From: an uncultured delta proteobacterium
GTDB lineage: Bacteria; Desulfobacterota; Binatia; JACPRU01
Assembly: GCA_963745025.1 (NCBI GenBank)
Contig: CAVUWD010000008.1
Location: 160,001 to 224,000 of the forward strand
Direction: 5' to 3'
DNA length: 64,000 nt
The position numbers were made by a program, and so were the translations under genes. The notes under the pieces were generated by a model. That model had not been told where the DNA came from. It ran no database searches and was given only the letters and a program-made list of their open reading frames with translations. The first letter of the stretch is position 1. Each line of letters opens with the position of its first letter. Positions 1-10,500 of this stretch are shown one piece after another.

Positions 1-1177
1 AGCGTACCCCGCGGGCGGAAAGGCAGTCCAGGGTCTCCGAGTCGTGGAGTACGGTGAAGGAGTGTCAGCCGCGTTCGCGGTGAAGGTGCTCGCCGACCTC
101 GGAGCCGACGTCGTCAAGGTCGAGCCGCCCGAGGGTGATTCTCTCCGTCGGCGCGGTCCGTTTCCCGAGGACAAATCGAATCCCGAAGCGAGCGGCATCT
201 TCCTCTACCTGAACGCCAACAAGCGCGGTGTCACCCTGGATCTCCGCCGCAACGAAGACCGCGGCGCGTTCGGTGCGCTGCTGCAGGGCGCCGACGTGTT
301 GGTCCACAACGTCGCGCCGCCGCGCCGCGCGGAGCTCGGCCTCGCGAGTGACGACCTCACGCGGAAGCACCCGGCCCTCATCGTGACCGCGATCTCGCGT
401 TTCGGCGACAGCGGTCCACACGCGAGCTACAACGCGCACGAGCTGACCGTCGCAAATGCGTCCGGCTGGGCGTTCCTCAGCCCCGGCGCGTCGCCTCATC
501 CCGAGCTGCCGCCGCTCAAGGCGTTCGGGAGCCAGCACGAGATGCAGGGCGGGTTGCACGCGAGCATGACGACGATGGCCGCTCTCCTGTCCAAGCGAAA
601 GACCGGCAAGGGACAAGCGATCGAGGTGTCTCAGCAAGAGTGTGTGGCGGCGATGCTCGAGATGAACTTCATGCACTGGACCTACTCGGGCCGCGAGACG
701 TCGCGCTGCGGCAACCGACTGCTCGGCCCTTGGTTCATCCTCGACTGCGCCGACGGCCAGTGCTTCCTCGTCTGTGTCGAGGAGCACCAATGGCAGGCGC
801 TCGTCGAGTTCATGGGCAACCCGGAGTGGGCGAAGGAGGAGATCTTCAAGGACCGGATCGCCCGCGGCTCGAACATGGACGCGCTCTACGCGCTGATGAG
901 CGAGTGGGCGAGCACCTGGAAGGTGCTGGACCTCTTCCGCGAGGGACAGAAGCGCCGCATCCCGTTCGCCCCGGTCAATCGCATGGGGGAGATCTACGCG
1001 GACGAGCACTTGAAGAGCCGAGGGTTCTTCGTCGACATGACCCATCCCGTCGCGGGCAGCTACCGCGTCCCGAGCGTACCGTTCCGTTCGCAGGTCGGGA
1101 GCTACGCGCTGCGCCGCCCGGCGCCGCGCCTCGGCGAGCACAACGGAGAGCTGCTCGCAGGCAAGGCGCTTCGCTAG
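1..1177 (+). CDS. CaiB/BaiF class III CoA-transferase, 5' end outside window
   Basis: The frame is open from base 2 (AYPAGGKAVQGLRVVEYG). Family motifs: LADLGADVVKVEPPEGD, LNANKRGVTLDL, PAPRLGEHN. Confidence 0.9.
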   Translation, partial: AYPAGGKAVQGLRVVEYGEGVSAAFAVKVLADLGADVVKVEPPEGDSLRRRGPFPEDKSNPEASGIFLYLNANKRGVTLDLRRNEDRGAFGALLQGADVLVHNVAPPRRAELGLASDDLTRKHPALIVTAISRFGDSGPHASYNAHELTVANASGWAFLSPGASPHPELPPLKAFGSQHEMQGGLHASMTTMAALLSKRKTGKGQAIEVSQQECVAAMLEMNFMHWTYSGRETSRCGNRLLGPWFILDCADGQCFLVCVEEHQWQALVEFMGNPEWAKEEIFKDRIARGSNMDALYALMSEWASTWKVLDLFREGQKRRIPFAPVNRMGEIYADEHLKSRGFFVDMTHPVAGSYRVPSVPFRSQVGSYALRRPAPRLGEHNGELLAGKALR

Positions 1178-1202
1178 AGTCCACTTCACAGAGAGTGAAC
1201 CG

Positions 1203-2420
1203 ATGGCAAGTCTTCCCCTCGACGGCGTGAGAGTTCTCGACTTCACTTGGGCCTGGGCCGGGCCGTTCGCGACGCTCCAGCTCGCTCATCTCGGCGCCGA
1301 GGTCATCCGGCTCGAGACTGCGAAGCGGCCGTGCGTGACGCGCTCGATCCCGCCGTTCGCCGAAAATCAGCCAGGGCCGAACCGCGCCGGCTATTTCAAT
1401 CAATACAACCAGGGCAAGCGGAGCCTGACGCTCGACATCCGTTCGCCCGCGGGCGCCGAGATCGTCAAGCGCCTGGTGAAGGTCAGCGACGTCGTCGTCG
1501 AGAACTTCGCGGCCGGAGTGATCGCGCGGATGGGCTTCGGCTACGAGGCGCTTCGCGCCATCAAGCCCGACATCATCATGCTGTCGATTTCGGGCTACGG
1601 GCAGACGGGACCTTACAGCAGCTACATCGGCTATGGACCGCCCGCAGGCGCATTCGCTGGTTTCTTCTCGACGACCGGATACGATGGGCTGCCGCCCTCG
1701 GAGATCGGCATCTCGTACGCCGACCCCAACGCGGGCGTTTGGGGCGCGAACCTCCTGCTCGCGGCGCTCCTGCACCGCGAGAAGACGGGCGAGGGACAGT
1801 ACCTCGATCTCTCGCAGTGGGAGGCGGCGCTGATGATGATGGGCGAGGGCCTGATGGAGCACGCGATGAACGGCCGCACGCCCGAGCGCATCGGCGATCA
1901 CGATCTGCAGATGGCGCCGCACAACACGTACAAGGCGCTCGGCGACCAGGAGAAGTGGGTCGGCATCTCGGTCGGCAACGAAGCAGAATGGCGAGCGCTC
2001 TGCGGGGCGATCGGCGAGCCCGGGCTCGCCGACGATCCGCGCTTCGCCACGACGGCGCTCCGCAAGCAGAACGAGGCCGCGCTCGACGACGTCATCACGA
2101 AGTGGACGAGCACGCGCGATCGCTGGGAGACGACGCGGGCGCTGCAGCGGGTGGGTGTGGCGGCCTATCCCGCGCTCAGCAACAAGGACCTCGCCGAGAA
2201 CGAGCATCTGCACGAGCGGGGCTTCCTCGTCGCGCTCGAGCATCCCGAAGTCGGGAAGCGGATCCACGCCGGGGTGCCGTGGACGATGTCGGGGACACCG
2301 ACGAAGGTGCGAAAGCCGGCGCCGCTTCGCGGCGCCGACACCGATTCCGTGCTTCGCGACCTCCTCGGCTACTCGCAGGCGGAGATCGAACGGTTCCGCA
2401 CCGACGGCGTTCTCAGCTGA
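1203..2420 (+). CDS. CaiB/BaiF class III CoA-transferase
   Basis: LDGVRVLDFTWAWAGP, YNQGKRSLTLD, VENFAAG; catalytic-type Asp in SYADPNAG. Confidence 0.92.
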   Translation: MASLPLDGVRVLDFTWAWAGPFATLQLAHLGAEVIRLETAKRPCVTRSIPPFAENQPGPNRAGYFNQYNQGKRSLTLDIRSPAGAEIVKRLVKVSDVVVENFAAGVIARMGFGYEALRAIKPDIIMLSISGYGQTGPYSSYIGYGPPAGAFAGFFSTTGYDGLPPSEIGISYADPNAGVWGANLLLAALLHREKTGEGQYLDLSQWEAALMMMGEGLMEHAMNGRTPERIGDHDLQMAPHNTYKALGDQEKWVGISVGNEAEWRALCGAIGEPGLADDPRFATTALRKQNEAALDDVITKWTSTRDRWETTRALQRVGVAAYPALSNKDLAENEHLHERGFLVALEHPEVGKRIHAGVPWTMSGTPTKVRKPAPLRGADTDSVLRDLLGYSQAEIERFRTDGVLS

Positions 2421-2426
2421 CGCGCC

Positions 2427-2819
2427 GTGAGCCAGGACCGCCCCTCAGTCGCCGAGATCGTGCGCACCGTCGCCGAGTTTCTCGACGGCTTGCGGCCGAA
2501 GCTCGAGGGCGAGTCGCAATACGGTGCGCTGGTCTCGGCGTACATCCTTCGCATCGCCGAGCGCGAGCTCGCGCTCTCGGCGGCGCTCGACGCCCAGGAG
2601 CGGGAGGATCTCGTCGCATTGCTCGGGCGCTCGGCCTCCCTCGCCGAGCTGAATCGGATGCTCTGCGAGGGCATCCGCGCGGGACGATTCGACGGCGACT
2701 GGGAGCGCGTCTTCGACGTCGTCCTCGCGCAGGCGGTGCGGAAGCTGCGGATCGTTCGCCCGGAGCACCTCGCTCCCGTGCACGTCGAAACGCAGTCGTC
2801 GGGCTCCGCGCGTGAGTAG
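2427..2819 (+). CDS. Small helical protein (DUF6285-like), usually coupled to APH-family phosphotransferases
   Basis: QDRPSVAEIVRTVAEFL...KLRIVRPEHL pattern; overlaps the start of the phosphotransferase. Confidence 0.7.
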   Translation: MSQDRPSVAEIVRTVAEFLDGLRPKLEGESQYGALVSAYILRIAERELALSAALDAQEREDLVALLGRSASLAELNRMLCEGIRAGRFDGDWERVFDVVLAQAVRKLRIVRPEHLAPVHVETQSSGSARE

Positions 2820-3828
2820 TGTGCCGGCCGCGTCGCCCGCGGATGAGGGCGTCCGAGACCTTCTCCGCGCGGTGCGCCGCCGCTACGGCGAATCCGCCGA
2901 GATCGAGAACATCACGATCCCGACGCTCGGCGGCGCGAACCGCACCGTCGTGTTCGATCTGGTGACGGGCGCTGCGAGACGGCGCCTGGTGTCGAGACAG
3001 GAGAGCTACGCCGCCGAGCACACCCCGTTCCTGTCGTCGATGGATCAGTTTCGACTGACTCGGGTCGTGTTCGAGAGCGGCATCGCGGCGCCGGAGCCGA
3101 TCTTCGCGTACGACGTCGACGACGCCATGGGCAACGGATACGTGGCGGCGTTCGTCGGTGGCGAGACCATGCCGAAGAAGATCCTGCAGAACCCGAGGCT
3201 TGCCCGCGCGCGCGAGCGCTTGGTCGCGGAGGTCGCGAGCTCGCTCGCGCGGCTCCATGCCATCGACGTCTCGAACGCGTCGTTTCTCGAAGCGCGCGAC
3301 GACAGCGTCGATCCCATCCGCGCGCAGCGCGTGCGGCTCGACAGCTACGACGAGCCGCATCCGGCGATCGAACTCGCGCTTCGCTGGCTTGAACGGAATC
3401 GACCTTCCGCGGCGGCGCGCCGCATCGTCCACGGCGATCTGCGGGTCGGCAACCTGATCGTCGCGGAGGACGGGCTCGCAGCGATCCTCGACTGGGAGTG
3501 TGCGCACGTCGGCGATCCCGCGGAGGATCTCGGCTGGTTCTGCGTACGCTCCTGGCGCTTCGGCCAGAACGACAAGCCCGCGGGAGGGATCGGCACGCGC
3601 CTCGAGTTGCTGGACGCGTACGAAGCGGCCGGTGGCCGTAAGGTCGACCTCGAGGAAGTCCGCTACTGGGAGATCTTCGGGCTCGCGCGCTGGGCGATCC
3701 TGAACGTCATGCAGGCGCATGGACACGTGTTCGGGGGGCGGCGATCTCCGGCCTTCGCGGCGTGTGGCCGAAACACGAGCATGATCGAGTACGACCTGCT
3801 CCTAACCCTTTGCGGCGACTACGACTGA
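2812..3828 (+). CDS. APH-family phosphotransferase (ACAD10/11 N-terminal-like)
   Basis: VHGDLRVGNL, ILDWECAHVGDPAEDLGW, WRFG motifs. Confidence 0.88.
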   Translation: MSSVPAASPADEGVRDLLRAVRRRYGESAEIENITIPTLGGANRTVVFDLVTGAARRRLVSRQESYAAEHTPFLSSMDQFRLTRVVFESGIAAPEPIFAYDVDDAMGNGYVAAFVGGETMPKKILQNPRLARARERLVAEVASSLARLHAIDVSNASFLEARDDSVDPIRAQRVRLDSYDEPHPAIELALRWLERNRPSAAARRIVHGDLRVGNLIVAEDGLAAILDWECAHVGDPAEDLGWFCVRSWRFGQNDKPAGGIGTRLELLDAYEAAGGRKVDLEEVRYWEIFGLARWAILNVMQAHGHVFGGRRSPAFAACGRNTSMIEYDLLLTLCGDYD

Positions 3829-3942
3829 AGCCGGGATCGCTCGGAGAAATTGAGCGCCGCGGTTGCCAGCGCGCCGGTCCGGCACTAGACAGGGGCCATG
3901 AAGATGCGGGCGGGTGCCGCCGCGCGCGCGAGGAGGCCGATC

Positions 3943-3982
3943 ATGTCCGCACCTCTCGAAGGAATCCGCGTCGTCGAGATGA
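3943..3982 (+). pseudogene. N-terminal stub of a CaiB/BaiF CoA-transferase
   Basis: AGGAGG RBS at 3931, then MSAPLEGIRVVEM. Similarity ends at the stop codon of the convergent gene (3983). Confidence 0.6.
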
Positions 3983-6010
3983 TCACGGAACGGCGACCTC
4001 GCATGTCTCGCACCGGCGGTCGCGCGGCGGGCGGACGCTTTGGATCGGGGCCGCCGGACGCAGATCGACATCGCCGGCTTGAGCCGCGGTCGCTCCGGAC
4101 GGTACGTAGAGCGTGTACGGGCCGCAGTGCTCGACGGCCACGTAGACCGTTCCCGAGGGCTCGTGTCGGAACTCGGGGCTGGAGTCGTTGATACGAACGA
4201 CTAGATCTGCGGCGACCAGGGGACGCGGGCGGAGGTCGGCATGGATGCTCGCCGGCACGAACCGCGGCGCGCGATCCAAGCCGCGCAAGAGCGCCTGTTG
4301 CACGAGGTACTCCCAGCCCTCTCGAAACGCGATGATGGCGACGCTTCGCGGAGCAACCCGGCGAGCGGCCTCGACGGCGCAACGTAGCGGCCCGCGCAGG
4401 TGGCGCTGGGTGCGGAGCATGTTCTCCTCCCAAGTGGCCGTGAACACGCTCGGCGAGCCGAGCAATGGCTTTTGCCGGCTCCAGAGAATCGACGGCATGA
4501 CCACGAGCAGGGCCACGACCGCGATCGCCGCCACGGCAACTGGACGCGCTCGGTCGAGCAGTGCGCCTGCTACCGCAGCGAAGAGGCTCAGGACCGGCAG
4601 GTGCAGCCGCGCGTGAAACGGCTGCCACTTCAGCATCGCGCAGAAGAGCACGAACGCAGCGCCCGTGGCGAGCGCCGCCGCCACCAGCAGCCGGTCGCGC
4701 CGACGTCGCCACAGCAGGACCGGCGCCACCGCGGCGGCGAGAATCAGGTGGAGTGGTGCGGGCGCCCTGTCTTCGTCGAACGGCATGTAGACGACGGCGA
4801 ACTTCGTTTTTCCGAACGTGGTGCGGCGGTCATCGGGGTCGACGCCGATCCACCGATGAAGATGAATCGTCGCCGATTGGAGCGCGCGATCGATCGCCTC
4901 GCTCGGCACGCCGGCGTGCAGCGTCACGTTGCGAACCGCGTTGGATACGACCACCGCAGGCGAGAACGTCTCGTTCACTAGGCGCCTCCGCACACGCCCG
5001 GATGCGACCGGCGCGCCGAACTCGCCGAGGTTACGCCCGAAGTGCCCGGCGTTGAGTGCGAGTGCGACGAGACCGATCGTGAGCCCGGTAGCGATCCGCC
5101 GCTGCTCCCGCGCGAAGATCGCTACACCCGTGACTACGCCGAGCGGAACGATGAAGGCGATGGCGGTGCCCTTGGTGAGCAACGCGAGGCCGAACGAGGC
5201 ACCGAGCAGCACCGCGCGGCTGGGCATACCACCAGGCCGCGTCCAGGCCGCAAGGGCGAAGTAGGCAGTCGCGCACACCCAGAGGGACAGCACCAAGTCG
5301 TTCTTCGTATTCGTGGCCTGCATCGCCGCCATCGGGTTCGTGACGACGAGCAAGGCCGCGAGAGTCTGGCCCCGCATCGCAGCGCCGAGCTCTCGCGCGA
5401 TGAGCGACGCCGCTATCGCCGTCATTGCCAGTGAAAACCATTGGATCAAGTTCGCCCAGCGGTCTCCGCCGGAAAGCAAGAGAAAATGTGTCCCGACGAA
5501 CTCCGCCATCGGCGGCATCATGATCTGCCGCAGATCGGAGGTGGGGTAGTGCTCCACGCTCGCCTGCTCGATCCAGTAGATCTGGCGGGGCAGGTGGTAG
5601 AGCTGCGAGTCGAAATTGTTGGGAGGTGTGACGGCGGCTACGATTCCCGTCAACAGCAAAACGAGCGCGACGACAGCGACGAAGCAGCGGCCTAGACTGT
5701 CGCGCCCGGCAGCAGCGGCCGTCCACGGTCGACCGTCCGGCTGCCAGCCGTGCCAGCTCCACCGCGCGACTACTGCGATAGACACGGTCGGAACCGCCCA
5801 CCAGAAGAGGACGGGATACGGCAACAGCCAATGCCAGCGGCTCAACAACTCCGTTCCGGTCACGACCCACATGCCGAAAACGATCGACGCGATCAGCAGG
5901 CTCTCTCTCAGGCCGGCTACACTGGCTTCCAGGGATCGACGCGGGAACAACGCCGCGACGCTGACGACGAAGAAGAGGATTGGGATGCCGCCGAGGATCA
6001 ACACGAGCAA
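3983..6010 (-). CDS. GT-C fold membrane glycosyltransferase (ArnT/PMT/GT39-like)
   Basis: Many transmembrane segments; PPNNFDSQLYHLPR, QATNTKNDL, LTKGTA, LKWQPFHARLHLP. Confidence 0.8.
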   Translation of the reverse strand: MLVLILGGIPILFFVVSVAALFPRRSLEASVAGLRESLLIASIVFGMWVVTGTELLSRWHWLLPYPVLFWWAVPTVSIAVVARWSWHGWQPDGRPWTAAAAGRDSLGRCFVAVVALVLLLTGIVAAVTPPNNFDSQLYHLPRQIYWIEQASVEHYPTSDLRQIMMPPMAEFVGTHFLLLSGGDRWANLIQWFSLAMTAIAASLIARELGAAMRGQTLAALLVVTNPMAAMQATNTKNDLVLSLWVCATAYFALAAWTRPGGMPSRAVLLGASFGLALLTKGTAIAFIVPLGVVTGVAIFAREQRRIATGLTIGLVALALNAGHFGRNLGEFGAPVASGRVRRRLVNETFSPAVVVSNAVRNVTLHAGVPSEAIDRALQSATIHLHRWIGVDPDDRRTTFGKTKFAVVYMPFDEDRAPAPLHLILAAAVAPVLLWRRRRDRLLVAAALATGAAFVLFCAMLKWQPFHARLHLPVLSLFAAVAGALLDRARPVAVAAIAVVALLVVMPSILWSRQKPLLGSPSVFTATWEENMLRTQRHLRGPLRCAVEAARRVAPRSVAIIAFREGWEYLVQQALLRGLDRAPRFVPASIHADLRPRPLVAADLVVRINDSSPEFRHEPSGTVYVAVEHCGPYTLYVPSGATAAQAGDVDLRPAAPIQSVRPPRDRRCETCEVAVP

Positions 6011-6128
6011 CCTTCACGCCCAGCTAGGGAACGCGTATATGACAACCACCGCCAACAGGCGATCCGGCGTCCGGCGCCGAATGCGGTCGTAGCGAAGATC
6101 GCCGAGCCCTGAGAAGCCGGCGCGTTCC

Positions 6129-6460
6129 TCAGCGGAGCGACGACGAGGCGGCGAATCGCGTCGGTGAGAGCGCGTCGGCGTCGAACAGGCTCGTCCTGCC
6201 GCCGACGATGAGGTCGGCGGCGATCTGGCCGAGCGCAGAGCTGGTCTCGATGCCGCAGCCACCCTGACCCGCGAGCCAGAAGAATCCCGGCAGGGCCGGG
6301 TCGTCGCCGACCACGGGCACGCGGCCGGGAGAGAAGGTCCGCAGGCCTCACCACCGCTGGCCGAGCACGCGCGGCACCAGCGCAGGTGCGAGCGCGCGCA
6401 ACCGCTCGAGGCGCGCGGCGATGATCTCCTCGTCGGGCGCGGCATCGCACGGCGCCATCG
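6129..6460 (-). pseudogene. C-terminal fragment of an FAD-dependent (DAO/DadA-like) oxidoreductase with an in-frame TGA
   Basis: MAPCDAAPDEE...QRW*GLRTFSPGRVPVVGDDPALPGFFWLAGQGGCGIETS; stop at 6348-6350; no N-terminal GxGxxG domain. Confidence 0.8.
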
Positions 6461-6919
6461 CCTTGGCGACCTCGCGGTTACCGGGTTGATAGCCCCGTGA
6501 TCGCCCGAACGTCTGCGACGCGAATAGGCCCGGAGCGTTATCTCCACGTGGATATAACGCCACGGCCGGCGATGCAACGCCGGCCGTGGGCTTCGCGCCG
6601 TGCTTTCGGCGAGCCATCATCCGCCTCCGCCGCACCAGCGCGCATCCCCATGAAGCGGAACGCGGAACCGCGGCTCGTTATCCGGCGGGGGATAGATTTT
6701 TTGTGCCTAACTTCTTTACGTTTTGCGAAGATGTTTCGCTTTCCCACCCGCCCGCTCTTGGTCGAACGAGCCCGTTTCTGCTACCGCCCTGCTACCACAC
6801 CAGGACCAACCAGCCCGAACCAGGAGCACCTCGTCTCACGCGGAATCCTCGTCCGTAGGCGTAGTTGGTTGCTCCTGGTTGCTCTCCGTTGCCGGCTCGA
6901 TAGTATCGAGCGAAGCGAT

Positions 6920-7060
6920 TTCTTTCGTGGGGCACTGAATATAATACGGGGATCGTGGTGAGTCGGCTGAGATCGGTTGCGAAGGGGTGGTGTTCGACGT
7001 ACGGCCGCGTCGCAAGAAACCACGATGTAGCGGATGCGGAAGGCAGGCGCCTGGCTCGAC
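6920..7060 (+). mobile_element. Degenerate ISL3-family transposase N-terminal remnant (zinc ribbon)
   Basis: ESAEIGCEGVVFDVRPRRKKPRCSGCGRQAPG; frameshifted upstream and truncated downstream. Confidence 0.6.
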
Positions 7061-7084
7061 CAGCACCGGCGCGCCGCTCTCTGC

Positions 7085-7327
7085 AATCTTGAGCGCCTCG
7101 AGGAAGTCAGCCATTGCGAAGCCGTTCATCAGCGGCAGGTATCCGCGAAACAGGACGCGGTCGAAGCATGAGAGCGTTCCCTGGACCTTGGCTGCGTGCT
7201 TGGCGATGAAGGTTTCCATGGCGACCATCAAACTCCAGGCCGGGGCCACGAGGGAAGCATTTCCTCGTCACGACGAACCACCCGCGGGCACCAGCCCGCC
7301 TTGGTTGCGGCCGAAGCGCCGCGTTAG
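7085..7327 (-). mobile_element. 5' end of a putative uncharacterised mobile element (CFDRV-F-G-LP family), truncated
   Basis: ATG at 7219 gives METFIAKHAAKVQGTLSCFDRVLFRGYLPL. The leader has a hairpin ACGAGG-N9-CCTCGT and a terminal TTGGTTGCGGCC...GCCGCGTTAG hairpin. Family recognised from memory only. Confidence 0.45.
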
Positions 7328-7507
7328 CCGGCATAAAGGGCTGAGTTGTCATAACGATGGATCTCGGACACCGGGCCTGCCACTCTACCGCTCTACGCCG
7401 CCCGCTTTGACGGTGCGCACAAAGCGGTGGCCGAGCCGCGTATCACTACGTAGCGTGGGTAGTCCTCCGCATCATCCCATCGATGCTCTCGACGTCGCCC
7501 GATCCAC

Positions 7508-10500
7508 ATGACGTGTAACGGTTGCGGCTTCGAAGCGCCCGCCGATTTCGCGTTCTGTCCCAAGTGCGGGGCCAGGCTCGCCGCCGCTCCCGCGTCCCCG
7601 CTTCCGGCTTCCCCCGCGCCGGAGGGGGACCGCCGGCCGGTCACCGTACTCTTCGCGGACCTGGCCGGGTTTACCGCGCTTAGCGAAGGGCTCGATCCAG
7701 AGGACGTGCGCGCGATCCAGAGCGATCTGTTCCACGAGATGTCCGCGTCGATCGACCGCTACGACGGCTTCGTCGAGAAGTACGTGGGCGACGCGGTCAT
7801 GGCGGTCTTCGGTGCCCCGCGCGCGCACGAGGACGATCCCGAGCGCGGCTTGCGCGCCGCCCTCCTGATGCGCGAGCGGATGGACGCGCTCAATGTTCGC
7901 TGGGAGCGGCGGGTGGGTCGGCCGCTCGCGCTGCACATCGGGGTCAACACCGGCCCGGTAGTGGCCGGCCGGATCGGCTCGGCCGCCGACGCGGCCTACG
8001 CGGTGACCGGTGACACCGTCAACACCGCCTCTCGCTTGCAGAGCGCGGCGCCCGCGGGCGAGATCCTGGTCAGTGACGCGACCTACGAGTTCACGTATCA
8101 CGCCTTCGCATTCGCCCCGCGCGAGGAGATCCGGCTCAAGGGCAAGAGTGAGCCGGTGGCGATCCATCGCCTGCTGAGCCCGCTCGCGGCGCCGCGCTCG
8201 GCCCGCGGCCTCGAGGCCTTGGGCCTCGACGCACCGCTGGTAGGCCGCGAGCGCGAGCTGGGTCGGATGCAAGCGGCCTTCGACGAGATGCGGGCGGGGC
8301 ACGCCCAGGTGCTGAGCCTCATCGGCGAGGCCGGGGCGGGGAAGTCGCGGCTGCAGCGGGAGTTCTTCGCGCGCCTCGAGGCGGCCGGGCGCCTCGAGGG
8401 CGTCACGGTGCGGCGCGCGGCGTGCTCGGCGCTCGGGGAGCAGACCTACGGTGCCACGGCCGCGTTGCTGCGCGACGCCTATGGGGTCGAGCACGGCGAT
8501 TCCGTGGCGGTCGTGCGGAGCAAGATCGGGGCGGGTCTCGAGACACTCGGCCTCGGCCCGGAGGATCGCGAGGCGATGGTGGCCGCACTCTCCCAGGTGT
8601 TAGGGCTCGAGCGCGACAACGCGCGCATGCGCCATCTGGAGCCCGAGCAGCTCAAGCGTCAGATCTTCATGGCCACCCGCGCCCTGGTAGAACGGCGTCT
8701 GGCGACCGGCCCGCTGGTGCTGGTCGTCGAGGATCTGCACTGGGCTGACGCGGCTTCTATCGAGCTGCTGGGCGCAACCGCGGACCGGCTCGCCGATCGG
8801 CCGCTCCTGGTCCTCCTGATGTATCGACCGACGCTCAAGCCGGGTGCGCTCGGCACGAGCCGAGCTCCGCACACCGTGATCGAGGTTACCCCCCTGTCTC
8901 GATCCGACAGCGACGACCTGCTCGCCGCCTGGTTCGGAGACTCGACGCGTCTCTTCCCGGAGCGCCTGCGGGCCCTCATCCTGGAGAGGGCCGGCGGCAA
9001 CCCGCTCTACCTCGAGGAAGTGGTGCGTGCCCTGATCGCGGCGCGTGTGCTGGTCCGAGAGGGCGAGGTGTGGCACTGCACCGCGGAGGCCGCAACCGCG
9101 CAGGTGCCCTCGACGCTGCACGGGCTGCTGCTCGCGCGCCTGGATCAGCTCGCCGCCACGGAGCGACAGCTCATTCAGGAAGCGGCGGTGATCGGCCCGC
9201 GCTTCGAGTTGCCGCTTCTCAAGGCGGTCTCGACCGTGTCCGCCGCGGTGGACTCCGCGCTCGACGCACTCGTGCGCGCCGATCTGGTGACCCCGGGGCC
9301 GAAGCACCGGTTCCGCCATGGGCTCCTGCAGGAGATCGTGTACCAGAACATCCTCGTGGCGCGGCGCACGGAGCTACATACCCGTGTGGGCACGGCTCTC
9401 GAGGCCGAGGGCGCAGGCAGCCCGGAGAGTCTCGAGCGGCTGGTGGCCCTCGGCCACCACTGGGCCCTCGGCGCCGACAAGGGCCGGGGCGCGCGCTACC
9501 TGATGGCGGCCGGCGACTGGGCGCGCGGCATGTACGCCAACGCGGACGCGATCCAGCACTACCAGCGGGCCCTCGACGCGCTCGAGCATTGCGAGGCGGT
9601 CGAGACGGAGCGGCTCGTGGCTCGGGAGCGCATGGCCGACCAGCTCGGCCCGACCGGTCGGCGGGGAGCGGCGCTCGGCGAGTACGAGATCGTCGAGGCA
9701 GGGTACCGTGCGGCGGCTGACGCGCCGGCGCGGGCGCGGATTCTTCGCAAGATGGGGGGTCTGCACTGGGACGCCGGCGCACGGACGCGGGCGCTCCGGT
9801 GCTTCGAGGCCGGGCTCGCCCTGCTCGGCGCCGATCGCGAGCACATAGAGCGGGCGCACCTCTACCAAGAGATGGGTCGGCTGGCCTTCCGCAGCGGCGA
9901 CAGCCAGCGGGCGGTCGAGTGGGCGGAGCAGGCGCGGCTCCATGCCGAGCGGCTCGCCGAAAACCCTTCGCTCGGCGCCGACGGGCGCGTGGAAGCGGTG
10001 ACCGCCACGGCGCAGAGCCACAACACGCTCGGCGTGGCCTTGGCCCGCCTGGGCCGGCTGGAGGAGGCGGTCGGGCACATCGAGCGCAGCGTGGCCCTAG
10101 CCCGGGAGAGCGGGCTGCTGCAGGTGGCCTGTCGCGGGCTCGCCAACCTGAGCGTGCTCTACAGCACGCTCGATCCGGCTCGGGCGATCGAGACCTGTTC
10201 GGCCGGCCTCGAGATGGCCAAGAAGATCGGCGACCTGGGCTTCCAGTCTCGGCTGTACGCGAATCTCGCGGTGGCCTACTGCGCGCTCACCAACCGTTGC
10301 GACGAACAGGGAATCGGCGCGGCGCACACTGCGATCGATCTCGATCGGCGCCTCGGGCAGCTCGATCACCTGGCGGTGCCGCTCATCGTGCTCGGGCAGA
10401 TCTACCAGTGCCACGGCGATCCGACGCGCGCGATCGCGCACTACCGGGAAGCGCTCGCGCTCGCCGAGGAGGCCGACGAGCCGCAGCTGTTGTTTCCCTG

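Noticed and set aside
6348-6350. In-frame TGA as possible selenocysteine in the DAO-like fragment
   Set aside because: The gene lacks its N-terminal half and the position is not a known catalytic Cys; a nonsense mutation is simpler.
6700-7335. GCCTAAC and GTTAGCC as integron attC core sites
   Set aside because: They are about 600 bp apart with no pairing between them, and there is no integrase or cassette array.
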